A stretch of 64,000 nt of DNA from the human T2T-CHM13v2.0 reference genome, Homo sapiens (GCF_009914755.1 NC_060926.1), one strand, 5' to 3'. Positions 13,321-36,168 are shown, counted from the first letter of the stretch. Translations and numbers: made by a program. The notes: generated from the letters alone by a model not told the origin.

Positions 13321-16300
13321 TAAACACCTAAGTTGTTAATTATATTTATATAGCCAGTAATCAGCTGGTGAATCTGGTATGCTGATACATAGCTGTTAGG
13401 ATTGTAAATTGGCACATACCCTTTTGCAAAGTACTTAGCAATACATATCCAGAGCTATAAAAATATTCTTTCCTTCTGACCCCATAATATTACTACTTGC
13501 ATTTTATTATAAAGAAAAAATAAAGAAGATTAAGTTATTGCCTCTCTTTCCAAATTCATTTTCCACCACTCTAATTTAAACACTTTAAGCTATTTAACAC
13601 CAAACAACCTGCTCCTTCTGATTTGATCTCCATGCCTTTTCATAAGCTTTGAGGCTCTGCAAAAGCCTTACTTCATTTCTTCAGAATAGGCTCCTTCCCT
13701 ACTTTGCCTTCCTACTAAATCCTTCTGCATCCTTCAGACTCAATGCAGGCATTATTTCTCTGTCTCAACTGTCCTTGATCCACATATAATGGTTGTGTCC
13801 CTTTGTTGTATTTCCACATCTGTATAGTCATCAATTATGGCACTATTATAGTCATACAATTTATTATGAGATTGTCAGCTTCATGCAACCAGGTAAAGGC
13901 TTATTCACATCTGGATCTCTCACCCACAGCAAGTATTGTAAATCATTGTTTAATGTATATTTCTTAAGTGAAAGCCCAACAGACTCCATGTTAACAACAA
14001 CATTCCTTATCTTAACAAAAATTCCAAAATAGTAATGTCCACTAATGGGGGAATAATCTGTTAATTACAGTGTATCTAATGAAGCATTATATCCTCATTA
14101 AAATACTATTTTGAAGCCAAATATACTGAAATATTGAAGCATCTTAGGATAATGGTAATTAATCTAATTCACAAGAAAGAAGAAAATTTCCGAATATCTA
14201 CCTTAGAACTATGCAAAAATATACAACATGAACAGGAACTGTCAGGCAAAATGCAATAGCCCACATACCCTGGGGATATGAAAATGGTTGAATGTGAATC
14301 CTTTGTTGAAATTTTTCTTTGGAATGGATTATTTGGTTTATTTAAACTGTATTTTAAAATGCAATATTTTCAGATAAAATCAACTGAGATTGATTCCCAT
14401 AGTGTGACAGCTTTATTCAGGGCAATCTCTGTTCCCCTTCTTAAAGCACTGCTTACTATTACTGGAAGTGAAACAAGTGGCTTCAGATGGACACTGAGAA
14501 GCAACCTCTAATCCCAACCAAGTGATTATGACCTTTTTAAAAATAATGAATTTTCAAGAATAATCCTTCGTCCCAACTAGTAAAGAAAAAAAAAAACCTC
14601 TCAAAATACAAAACTATAAGCTGTTGTAAGAATCTCATAAAATTCAAAAATGTCCTATGAATCACCCAACTTAAGTAGCTATGATTGCACTAATTACCAA
14701 CTGTCTCATTTGTTTTTAGTCATAGGCCACAGATAGGACTGCTTTCCATCTGGGATTGTAAAATTACAAAGTGGGCACTGTTTATCAACCTTGCCATGTT
14801 ACACATCTGAATCTGCTCTGGAATATTATAAATACAAACTGCTGGACCCCAGCCCAAGGGAGTTGGGAATGGTGCTCAAGGCTTCCCTAGTTTTAAGAAC
14901 TCATCAGAAGATTTGCGTGCATAGCCCAAGAGGAAAAACACTTGCTTAGAGCATAAAAGTCATTTTTAAGGTCAACATAAAGCTTAGTGAATTAGGAGAC
15001 ACACATTTTTACATAATGTCATTATATGTACACTATCTTTGGCATAACTATGGGCAAACAAAGGCTCTGAAAATCAGGTTATCTCCTCCATTTGACTACA
15101 TGTTTGTGGCACTTGAGTTCAACATGTCTGAAATCAATTGCTCTCTCATCTTTCACCTCCACTACTAAGTTGGTTCCTCTCACCCAGTATACTACACTTC
15201 TGGCACACTGTAATACTCATTTGGACTCCTAAAATCTACTCTCCCATTTAAATCTATCCTGAATTCCATTACCAAATTTATCTACTCAGGGCAAAACCAT
15301 GTTGATCAGCCTTCAGTAGGTCCTCATTGATCACTGGCCAAATCCCCAGATCCTCCATCTGTCACTTAAGGACCTTGAATATGTGATACGAGATAATCTC
15401 TACCAGTTTCTTTTTAAATTTTCCTTCATACATTCAATATTTCAGCCAAGCCTCTTGGTGCTCTGTGTACTTATCCCTATTTTTCCCCACATATGTGCTT
15501 TTTAAAAAACTTCTTAACAGAGTGTATTATCCAACTTGTACATATTCAAATCCCACCCACCCTCCAATTTCAACTCAAATTTTGTTTATTTTCCCGAGCT
15601 TTCCCTGACCCCTCTCCCATTTAAAAGTCTCTACTTAATCAATCCAATTATTATAATCATTTGTACTTTTATGCCCCATAACTTTTTATTATGTTATTAT
15701 CTTATTAGTTATAGAATATATAAACCCTTTAAAGATAGAATTTCTCTTTCACTGGTTGTCTTATTTCCTTCAGCATCTTGCCATTATTTATTCCCCAGAA
15801 ATCTTTATTGAATTAATATATGAGTTAACATACCTTTGACGGGAAATTCAAAATATAAAACCATACAAAATTACCTATACTACTTATCCCCTCAACCAAC
15901 GCCAACAAAATATGTCCTGTGTCTTCTGCCTGCTCCTGCAAATTTCTGAAGTATTCATAAAGCTTGCACAAAGTCCTCTAAAAGTTACATCTGATTGTAA
16001 CAAAACAAGAAGAAATGGTTTACCTTAGAATGCATATGATCAGAATATCAGGGTAAATGTGTTAGGGATTGAGATAAACAAGTAAACATGTATTTTATAA
16101 TATATATAATTTTCATTCATTATATTGAATTTATTCATTCATTCATTTTATTCATTCATTTAATTTATTACTTAATACAAGATGCTAATGTATACATTTT
16201 TTACATTTTTCCATTTCCACAGGAGCATAGACGTGGTGATTTTGATTTAACTGGGATTTCAGTAGTCCTTACTTGTACCCTACTTGGTCTTGAGTAAGTG

Positions 16301-16496
16301 CTGCTGGAGTATCTTCTCCAATGTCCTATTTTGTCTCACCCTGAGCTGACCTACCCAGCCTGGGCTGTCATGTTGGCTTCTTCCCAGATTCCATTTCTTC
16401 CATTTTGGTCTCTGCACTCATTTACCAAACAGCATCTATTCCACCAGAGTCAATCCAATTCCATGCATACTGGTCAGTTCATAAATCACTGATTTT

Positions 16497-16566
16497 TTTT
16501 TTATTATTATACTTTAAGTTTTAGGGTACATGTGCACCACGTGCAGGTTAGTTACATATGTATACA
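16497..16566 (-). mobile_element. Very short 5'-truncated L1PA (L1PA2-4 type) insertion
   Basis: Reverse complement of the L1PA 3' terminus (tatactttaagttttagggtacatgtgcac...). TSD cactgatttt at 16487-16496 and 16565-16574. Confidence 0.9.
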
Positions 16567-17929
16567 CTGATTTTGATTTGAGAAGGTGGATGGATGTATA
16601 CACTCTTCTGTGCTCTCCAGGAGAGAGACCACTTGTTATCCCCTCTAATTCTGACACTGAGTGACTCCATCATTAAATGAGATTCAACAGGGGAAACCAC
16701 ATCCCATTCTTCTTTTGAAACCAAGACCCTCCAAAATGTCTGTTTCTCATTCTCATTCTTTTTTTCCAATTCTCTAAAGATCTCAAAAAACCTGAGAAGC
16801 CCTGCACCAAGTTTTCCTCACTAGGAAAGAACCAATTTTAAACCACTTAATTACCAATCAATCTTAAGCAAGCCAGGCAAAAGCAACATCTGACCCAGTT
16901 TGTTTAGAAACTCATTCATTCAGCCTTGTGGCTTCTCTTCCATGCAGGAGACCTGTCAGATTGAAATCAAGAAAAAGGCTTATCGAATTTTAATGTTGAA
17001 CTAATGTTGCTTCTGCAGTCACCTGCATCACAGGGGTGATAGGGAGTCTGGGAAAGAAGTGAAAAACGGTCTTTCTCTCTCACACTTAATTTTTCTTTTG
17101 CAGAGTTCAAACGTTCAGTCTGTCCTTTCTATGAACCTACTATTTACGGCAACCTTTTTTAACCTATATATAATGCATGAAGAAATCTAAGCAGAATAAT
17201 ATTGTATGTAGTCACTCATATGACTGACTGCATTGAGCCTTGAAAGCTTTTGAATGTCCGGATCACGATATTGCCAGGTCCCCAGCTAATTTCACCTGCT
17301 AAGGCAACTCTTATCAACCCTCAGAACAATTATGCATACATTTATAGCATCAGACTTCAAGTGTAGAATCTGTCTCGATGTAGGGAACTTGTATGTCTTC
17401 CTCACTCCTCTGCATTATTTTTCATAATATAATGCCTTCAACAGGGTTTCATTAATGCTTTTCACAGAATGACAGACACTATAAATTTGTACAGTGATTT
17501 AAAGAACACCTATGACATCTGAACAGGAGGAAATACCCTAAATGAATACTGATTTTCTCATCTCCTTTTCCCAATTATTATAATAGCTAGTTCTTCTTCT
17601 GTACCCCATATCTCACAGTCTACTTAAGGCAAAGAAAAGTAAGACAAGGAGTAAGTAAGGACGGTAGATGCTAGTTCTAAATTAGTAACTGTTCCAGTTC
17701 TGCCTCAGTGCTCAAGGCACCTGAAACTTCATTTCTCACAACATACTCATAAAAATGACTGGGATCAGTGAAAGTGACTCACAGTAGCCTGTTATACATT
17801 TTGGCTATTTAATTTCATTATTATGTTTCCAAAGTGTCCCACACTAGATTTGGAATAGCGAAACTATCCTATCCCTTTCCTATCCATTGCATCTTGGAGT
17901 TGCTACTTGTTTTTTAAGAAAGATCCATT

Positions 17930-18410
17930 GCCCAAGTTTGGGTTCATCTGAAATAAAATCTGAAACAGGCACTTGGGCACAGCAGTTTATTTGAAAGTGG
18001 GAATGATAGAGCAGGAAGAACAAGAGAGAAAAGGAGAAAACTATAATAAAGTGTCCAGGTTACCACTGCAGACAACTGGGGCTTTATCCCACAGAAAAAC
18101 CTCTGAATGGCCATGCAGAAAATATGTGAAAAATTGTTTCCTGAAATATTAGGAGTCTCAGCTCTCTATCAACCAACTTCTATCCCACATTGTTTAAGGT
18201 TGTCATCCTCCAAGACCACTGATTTCCTCCCACTTTCAGTTTGCCTGGAATATATGATTTTGGACTAACAAAATTCCTAAGCTTTTGGAAAATAAATTCA
18301 TGAGGCAAGAAAACAAAAATATTATATGGGCTAAAAGGGAGGTGCTAGCATGAACCTGATATTAGGGGTATATGAAGAGATGTGGTGAGGATCATGAACT
18401 ATGTGCTGTA
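17930..18410 (-). mobile_element. ERVL LTR16-like fragment
   Basis: Degenerate ctgaaacaggcacttgggcacagcagtttatttg motif. Confidence 0.35.
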
Positions 18411-18425
18411 TCCATTTACCTTTTA

Positions 18426-18632
18426 GGGCTTTTCACCCTCAACACTATTGACATTTGGGCTATATAATTTCTTGTTGTTGGAAGCTTCTCTGTGCATCAT
18501 AGGAAGTTAAGCAGTATGCCCGGCTTATTCCCACTAGATTCTGGTAACACACCCCTACTTGTAACAAACATGTCACCAGACTTTGCCAACTGTCCCCTGG
18601 AGGTCAAAATTGCCCCTGATTGATACCACCAA
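18426..18632. mobile_element. MER20 (hAT-Charlie)
   Basis: Characteristic ctcaacactattgacatttgggc...tgtcaccagactttgccaactgtcccctgg...aaaattgcccc. Confidence 0.8.
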
Positions 18633-20186
18633 CCTGAGACAATTTTCTAAAAGTGATTTGAGATATCGTTCTGATTGTCTACAATGCTAGAGAAAACAAG
18701 GAGAACTCAGATAACAGATAATCCTCCAGAAACCTGTCTCCAACACAAAAAATGATGAGATCAACTCATTTATTTCATCTTTCATACATTCAAAGACATT
18801 TGATTACCATCTGCTATCTCCAGGCATAATCACTGAAGACCCTAAGGATGTAAATGTGAGTAACAAGCAAATTTTTCCCTGCCTTTAGGAAGCCTGATTC
18901 CCAAGATCAATTAGAATCCTACAACCCTTTATGCCAATTTTATAACAAATGAAATGACACTTTTTAAAAAAGGTAAAGTGGCAAATTTGTCCTCCTGGGC
19001 AGACCTCAAGATAATGAGTTTTGTTCTAGAGATATTGATCACAACATAACCATTCTAGGCTGGCATCTCAATGATGTTTGATAGAATAAGAGATCAGAAA
19101 AAACTCTTAAGAGGGTTCTTTCTAGAAGGCATTTTACAATGGATTCTGCAGAAAAATAAATTCCAATAGTAAAAAAAAAAAAATGCCAGGAAATGATGTA
19201 TATGATATTACTTTTGAAGAAACTCATATATACCATTATATTTATATACAAAAAGAGGACATATACATATATGCATATACATTAGGAGGACACTAAACTC
19301 TTAGTATTAGCATAATAAAGACTTTGCTAAGTCTGTTTTTCAAACAGCCTTGCAGACTCTGCAGACATTCAGAGGTTAATAAGGAAATACTATGAGCAGC
19401 TCTATACAAATAAATTCAACTAAGATTAAATGAACCAATTATTCAAAAAACACCAAGTACCACAACTTGCTCAACATGAAATAGATAAGTTGAATATTCT
19501 TATAAATATTAGGGAACTACAATTTTCAATTCAAATAGAATTCCAAAAAAGAATCTCCACACTCAGATGGTTTCACAGGAAAATTCTATCAAATGTTTAA
19601 AGAAGTACAACCAATTTGATGCAATCTCTTCCACAAAAATGAAAGAGAAGGGAGCACTTCCCAATGCATTTTATGAAGCTATTATTACCCTCATTCTAAA
19701 ACCAGAAACATATGGTGCAATGAAAGAAAACTACATGACCAAGATATATCATGAATATAGATGCAAAAATCCTTAACAAAATATTGGCAAGTAGAATATT
19801 CAAGAATACATGAAAAATAAAAATGACCCTTGACCATTTGGGATTTATTATAGATATGCAACACTCTTTCAGTATTCAAAAATCAATCAATGTATTTCAC
19901 TATAAAAACAAAGAAAAATGATCACATTTTTATCAATAAACACAGAAAAAACATTTCACAAAATTCAACACTCATTAATGGAAAACGTCTCCTAAAAATA
20001 GGAGTATACAGTCACTTTCTCAATTTGATAAGACATATACAAAAAACCCTGAGCTACTGTTATACTTAATGAACAGTTTCCCCCTAAGATTAGGAACAAG
20101 GCAAGTGGATGTCTGCCATCACCTCCACAATTCAGCATAGTATTAGAAGTTCTAGCCAGTGCAATAAGGCAAGAAAAGAAAAGACA

Positions 20187-23962
<3,776 letters not shown>

Positions 23963-25048
23963 AAAAGAAAAGACACACAGATCAGAAAGGAAAAAATAAA
24001 ATAAAATAAAACTGTCCCTCTTTGAAGATGATGTAGTTTTCTATGTAGAACATCCCAAGAAATCTACCATAAAAACTTCTACAACTAATAAGGGAGTTTA
24101 GCAAGGTCACAGAATGTAAGACAACCATACAAAAGTCAACTGCATTTCTATATAATAGCAATGAGCACAGGGACACTGATTAAAAAAAAGCAACATCGCT
24201 TATACTCACTCAAAAATGATATACTTGAATGTAAATATAACAAAAAATGCAAATAAAGAGACATTACCTTGTACACAGATTGGAAGGTTCAATATAGAAA
24301 GATGCCAATTTTCCTCAAATTGATATTCAGGCTTAACACAATCCCTATGAGAATTTCAGTAAGACTCTTTGTAGATATAGATAAGATCAATCTAAGGACA
24401 AAACAACTAGTAGAACTAAAAGAATTCTGTAAAGAAAATGAGAGGAATGAAAGGAAATGAAATAAAAGGAAAATGGGAGGAATCAGCCTTCCTGAGTTTA
24501 ACACTTCTTATTGCATATCAAAACTGTGTTTATGTCCAAAATAGCATATTTAAATATACTGTAGAGGCAGAAATCAATTTTTTCAATACCTTCATTTTTT
24601 TCTAGAAAACTTAAAAGAATTTCTTAAAACTTTCTATTTTCATAGACTTGTAAATTCCTATGTGAAAATTACATTAAAATTATCTAACACATCACCCTGC
24701 TCATTTTATGTATAAAAAACTGCGGTTCAAAGAATGAACCAATTATGCCAATACTAAAGACTATGTAAAATAAATTAACCCCACTTTATCAATTTTGTAA
24801 TTCATTTTTTCGAATGTGTAACAAATCCTATGTCTTCCCTTAAAATAGCACTTATTTTCTAAGAATGGCTAAACTTAATTTAATTCTTCAAACGAATGAT
24901 AAAATCTTTCTAAACAACAAACGCCCGTGGACTGAAAGTCAGATAATGCTAGTTTGAGTTGATACTAGCTTGACGCTTATCCCATTTTAAAAAGATTTTC
25001 AAATATGTCCTAAATGTCTTCATCTCTACACTGTATAAAAATAATATA

Positions 25049-25679
25049 CAGTCATTCCTCAGCATCCAGAGGAGACTGGTTCCAGGAACCCCTGCAGATA
25101 CCCAAATTTCTGTATGCTCAAGTCCCTTATATAAACTGGCATAGTATAGGTTGAGAATTCCTAATATGAAAATCTGAAACCCAGAATCCTCCAAAATTTG
25201 AAACTTGAGTACCAACAGGATGTCACAAGTGGAAAGTTCCACACACAAGTACTTAACACAATACACAAAATTATTAAAACTATTCTATAAATTACTTTCA
25301 AACAATGTGTATAAGATGTGTAGAAAACATAAATGAATTTTATATTTACACTTAGGTCCCATCCCCAAGATATCTCACTATGTATATGAAAATGTTCCAA
25401 AATCCAAAAATATCCAAAATTGAAAACACTTCTGGTCCCAAGCATTTTTCATAAGGCATGCTTAATCTATGCTTGCATGTAACCTACACATATCATCCCA
25501 TATATTTTAAATCATCTTTACTTATAATACTAAGTACAATGCTAATGATACATAGTTATTATACTGTATTTTTATGTATAGTATTTTATTGTTTTTTTTA
25601 TTGTTTTTTTTTTTTAATTTTTGATCCGTGGTCAGTTGAATTTGCACATGTGGAACCCATGAATACAAAGGACTAACTT
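25049..25679. mobile_element. MER2 (TcMar-Tigger) with a nested Tigger4/MER46-like element at 25147-25469
   Basis: ta|cagtcattcctcagcatcc MER2 terminus. The inner element runs from taggttgag to atgcttaatcta, and MER2 sequence resumes after it. Confidence 0.8.
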
Positions 25680-25967
25680 TATTCACTCATTGACTGATGG
25701 GCATTTGGGCTGGCTGCATATTTTTGCAATTGCAAATTGTGCTGCTGTAAACATGCATATGCAAGTATCTCTTTTGTATAATGACTTCCTTTCCTCAACT
25801 ACAAATTGGGTTCAGTATATACTGCTCAGGTGATGAGTGCACCAAAATCTCACAAATCACCACTAAAGAACTTACTCATGTAACCTGTTCCCCCAAAACT
25901 TATGGAAATAAAAAATTAAAATAAAAAAAAATAGAAGTTACCAGTGGCAAACAATAACAACATAAAA
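25680..25967 (+). mobile_element. L1PB1-like short insertion with a 5' inversion (inverted 25680-25797; sense 25798-25930) and extra 3' sequence
   Basis: Antisense L1PB ORF2-end segment joined to the sense L1PB 3' terminus and A-tail. 19-bp TSD with 2 mismatches at 25665-25683 and 25968-25986. Confidence 0.8.
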
Positions 25968-26402
25968 ACAAAGGGCCAACTTTATTTCGTAGATGAGTAT
26001 TTGATATCTTCCTGAAGTTTTTCCCAAGATTTGGTTTGTATTGTTTGATTAAGCACTGAAAACAAACAAATGTTTATAAATATGTGTGAAATATATAGAG
26101 TAACTAAAATGAACACCTATTTTGCTTCCACTTTTTTTGAAACATTGACTGAAAGTTACCATTATCTTGGAAGCCCCAAGTAATACTTGCTCAGTGTTAT
26201 TTCCTTCTCTCCCTCCTCAGCAGTAATCAGTATTCTGAATTTTGTTGTATTTTTAAAATTTTGTATTTTTAATTTTATAGACATATAGTAGGTATATATA
26301 TTTATGGGATATGTTCTGAATTTTGTTTTATCATCCTTTGTTTCTCTCTAATAATCTTTCCAAACATATTTGAATTATTAAATACATATTGCGTTTGACA
26401 TG

Positions 26403-27426
26403 TGCTATGGTCTGAATATGTCTTCCCACATTTATATGTTGAAACTTAATCATTAATGTGATAGTATTAAGAAGTGGAACCTTTAGGAGGTAACTGGGTC
26501 ATGAGGGCAGAGCTCTCGTGAATGGAATTAGTGGCCTTACAAATGAGGTGCTAGGCTATTCACAGTAGCCAGGATATGGAATCAACTTAGGTGCCCAACA
26601 ACAGAGGAAATGAAAAAAGAAAATGTGGTTTCTCTACATATACAATAGAATAATACTGATCCATAAAAAAAATAAAATCTTGTCATTCATGGCAACATGA
26701 ATGGAACTGGAGGACATTATGTCAAGTGAAATAAGCCAGGAAAGGAAGTTAAACACTGAATGTTCTCACTCATATGTGGAAGATAAAAAGTTTATCACAT
26801 AGAAGTAAAAAGTAGAACAAAGGATACTAGAGGATAGGAAGGGTAGAAGTAAGAGGAGAATAAGGGAGAGATTTGTTAAAGAAAATAAAATTACGGCTAG
26901 ATAGGAGGAATACGTTCTAGTGTTCTATAGCTCTATAGGATAACTATACTTAACAATAATATATTATATACTTTCAGATCGCTAGAAGGAGGATGTTGAA
27001 TGTTCCTAACACAAATAAATGATGAATGTCTGATATGGATAAGGTAATTATCCTGATTTCATCACTATAATACATAATATGTAACATCACTAAGTACCCT
27101 ATAAATATCTACAAATGTTTTATGTTAATTTTGAAAATTAAAAGTAGAAAGAATAGAAAGAAAAGAAGTGTGAGGGAGCTGCTTCCTTCCCCTTTTTCCC
27201 CTTCCATCTCTTCTGCCATGTGCAGACACAGCACTCATCTCCTCTAGAGATTGCAGCAACAAGGCACCATCTTCAAAGAAGAAAGCAGCCTTCACCAGAC
27301 ACCAAAACTGCCAACACCTTGATCTTTGACTTCCCAGGCTTCAGCATGGTGAGGAATAAATATCTGTTCTTTTAAAATTACCTAGTAACAGATTTATAGT
27401 TATGGTAGCACAAGTGTACTAAGACA
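26403..27426 (+). mobile_element. MaLR LTR (MST/MLT1A-like) split by an L1MA 3' fragment (26556-27165)
   Basis: tgctatgg start and actaagaca end; 5-bp TSD acatg/acttg. The insert has L1MA 3'UTR motifs. Confidence 0.8.
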
Positions 27427-27479
27427 ACTTGTTTTTACCTACACAAATATAATCACATTATATGTATTCTGCAACTTCC

Positions 27480-31994
<4,515 letters not shown>

Positions 31995-32483
31995 TGCACT
32001 TAGTTTTTATATCCCTCTTAACATATTATCTTTTGCTTTTTTTATTTTTTGAAATACATATAGCACTTGTTTTATACTTGATGTCTGATTTTTAAAAATC
32101 TAAAAAATTGATTTTCTTTGCTGTCTGATATTTCGGCTGACCCTTCTTTACCATATTTTGTCCTTGTTTGTGTCTCTTTCGACAGTAAATTAATACTCCC
32201 CACAAGTTTATCTGTGGGGATTAGTTTGGACCTGGTTTGATGGTGTGATGCTTTTCTCCAGAGTATTTGTGTGGGTTTTGTTATTGTTTTTTATTTGTTT
32301 GTTTGTTTATTTTTTAGAGCATGTAGGAACACTACCAATTCAGGATTTTTTTTAAAGGGAATAATTTTTTTGCTGTCAGTCCATATTAGCAGTAAGCTAC
32401 GAATGCATGTATAGATTGGATTTAATTATTACTTCCAGATTTTTAAATCTCTAATACCAGGATTAGTAATGAGACGGTATCCT

Positions 32484-32784
32484 GGCTGGGCACAGTGGCT
32501 CACATCTGTAATCCCAGCACTTTGGGAGGCCATGGCAGGTGATCACTTGAGGCCAGGAATTTGAGACCACCCTGGCTAACATGATGAAACCCTGTCTCTG
32601 CTAAAAATACAAAAAGCTGGGCATGGTGGTGGGCACCTATAATACCAGCTACTCAGGAGGCTGAGGCAGGAGAATAGCATGAACTTGGGAGGTGGAGGTT
32701 GTAGTGAGCCGAGATCACACCACTGCACTCCAACCCGGGCAACAGAGCAAGACTCTGTCTCAGGAAAAAAAAAAAAAAAAAAAA
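32484..32784 (+). mobile_element. AluS
   Basis: Dimeric Alu; TSD agtaa(t/a)gagac(g/a)gtatcct. Confidence 0.95.
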
Positions 32785-32876
32785 GTAAAGAGACAGTATC
32801 CTTGTCCCAAGGTTCAAGTTTATTTTTATTTCCTGTTACACTAAATAAAACATGGGTGTAAAACATAGGTGACTTA

Positions 32877-33074
32877 TAGACAAACCCACCCTCACACGAT
32901 TCTTCACTTTCCACTTTATCTTACCTTTTATTATGACAGCCCTAGTAGCCCTACACCTAATATTTCTACACGAAACAGGATCAAATAACCCCTCAGGAAT
33001 CCCTTCCCACTCTGACAAAATTACCTTCCATCCCTACTACACAACTAAAGATATCCTAGGCCTATTTCTCCTCC
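32877..33074 (+). pseudogene. MT-CYB: NUMT: mitochondrial cytochrome b fragment (about codons 171-235)
   Basis: 32879-33073 translates (vertebrate mitochondrial code) to [65 protein letters not shown], clearly cytochrome b. It has the C-rich/G-poor composition of mtDNA. Confidence 0.96.
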
Positions 33075-33162
33075 AAAGTTTGAATGTCATAAGTTCCCTG
33101 TAGTTCCCTGTTATGACTTTATTGCTCCTACACTGATATGTGTGTGTGTGTACGTGTGTGTA

Positions 33163-33615
33163 TGTGGGGGATCAGTCACATGGTGGGAAAAACTATAGGG
33201 AAAGGATGCAAACCTTCTGAAAGGTCAGAAGGTTCTGCAGAGCCCCAGGGGAGAATAGCTGAAGGCAGCTGTTCTATAACCCTGAAGCAGAGGGCAAGGA
33301 GTAGGTACAACGGAATGTGGAGGAATTTATCTTAAACAGGCTTGTTTACTTATGTTGACCAGAAACTTACCTTTGATCATCGGCGTGCATGACATTCCCT
33401 GAAAGTGGAACAATAAATGTTAATTCCCTACAGGTTGTGTTGGCTCCAGGTTTTCGGCGTTGTGCCTGCCCTGAATATAAGCAAGCAGCTCCAGCTTCTT
33501 GGGGCTGCTCTCTGGCCACTAGAGTCAGGCAGTCACCTAGCTGCTCTTACACTGCATACCTGTGTCTGAGTACTCATTTCATCCATTGGCCAAGGTCTGC
33601 GGGACAGACCTGGCA
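33163..33615 (+). mobile_element. Solo ERVK-class LTR (LTR22A-like, HML-5)
   Basis: TG...CA termini, 453 bp, 6-bp TSD tgtgta (33157-33162 and 33616-33621). Matches the recalled LTR22 start ggtgggaaaaactatagggaaagga. Confidence 0.8.
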
Positions 33616-33719
33616 TGTGTACGCCTATATTCCCTTTTATACAGAAGAAGTTGTCTTTGAATTGTTACTTTTTGTATGATTGAGTTAGAGATATGTTAGG
33701 AGACAGAGTTTGGGTATGG

Positions 33720-34410
33720 GCAGCTCTTTAGGTCAGTTTTCACAGAAGCTTATCCTCAGATTGAATTTTTATGTAAGTGCTTTCTTAAGGGAATATCCCC
33801 AAGAAAAATGTGCAAGTGAACAGGTGAGGCAGAGCAGGAAAGGGGAAAATGCCAAACAAGGGTGTAACTTCAGGCAAAGTCCCCTGATTTTGTTTCAATA
33901 TTATCCTGCAGGGGAGCATTATATTAGGATAGGCATTTTGCCATCATGTTTGTTTCAGGGGTAGTAGTCATCATTGGCTACTAACATCTTGCTTCATTTT
34001 TTTTTTTTCTGCAACCAAACAACTTCTGTAGTCCAAAGTCAGTCCCTTAAGAAAGACATCTGGATGTAGAGCTGAATACAAATGTCCACCTGAAGAAGGA
34101 GACATAGAAAGTGTCAGACATTTTGGAAAGGGTCTGCATGTAGCTTCCCTCTCTGGCTTTCTGGGGGCTGCTTCAGGTACAGCTGTTCCCAAACCAGTAG
34201 AAAGGGTAAACCAGAGGAAATAAAGAGGAGGAGTTACATTAAAAAGAAAAGACATAAACGTTGTATTAATTCCCTGTGTTCATATTTCTGATAAAAACCA
34301 ATTCAAATGCCCCTACCTAACTGTGTGGGAAGCTAAGAAATGTAGCTCAGCTGAAATTCTATCCCTGGGGAGGATAGAGCAAACAGATTTGGCAAGAGAC
34401 AACTAGCAAT
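33720..34410 (-). mobile_element. Old ERVL/MaLR LTR fragments (LTR16-like, MLT1-like)
   Basis: Degenerate gtcagttttcacagaagc...cctcagattga and gggaagctaagaaatgtag motifs. Confidence 0.4.
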
Positions 34411-34523
34411 CTTCCACAGAGGCTGTCAGTATATGGATTTTAGGTATACTTCTGGGATGGGATAGGGTTACCCAAGGAGTAAGAATAGTTTCAAAAGAAA
34501 AGAGACTTTAGAATACTAGTAGG

Positions 34524-34883
<360 letters not shown>

Positions 34884-35129
34884 TTAAGCCCAGGTAGGTA
34901 GCAGTTACTGGCGATCTGGTAGGAAAGGGTAAACTAGGAGAATGTGGCATTACCAAAGCCTGGAAAAGAAAACGTTTCAAGAAGGATGAAGGGATGACAT
35001 GCACATTCTAGAGGTATTCTAGACAGCAAGAAGACAAGGATAAGACATGTAGCCTGTTTCCATGGGACTGACACTGGAGTGTGTTTGGGTGACAGTGAAC
35101 AAAATAGTGGGTTAAAAGTAGGAAAAGGA

Positions 35130-35487
<358 letters not shown>

Positions 35488-35852
35488 TCAGGTAGGAAGA
35501 ATTCTGTGCTTTTTTCAGAAAAGAAGCAGAAGATTGACAGGTAGAAAATAATGAGAAAGGACTTTTTTGGTTAAATTTCTCAGGAAGTTCTCTTGGCCCT
35601 TCTTTTTCTCTAACCCTGTGATCTATTCAGCATCTACCCATGCTGGTGTAGCATGCCAATAGCAACTCCTTGTTGCTAGGAATTTTTTGAAGCAATCAAT
35701 CTCACCATCCTGAAAGAAGTGAGAGGAAATTCAAGATGAAATTTGGGAAAACATCCTGTTAAGACTGAAATCATTTAGAATAAAGTGACAGTTTGGAGAA
35801 TTGGTAATTAGAATTTAAATTTGATCAATTAATTTTTGTCAAGCATCAAATA

Positions 35853-36168
<316 letters not shown>

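Noticed and set aside
19567-19776. ORF with ALPNAFYEAIITLILKP similarity to ORF2p
   Set aside because: It is a frameshifted remnant of the old host L1, not a gene.
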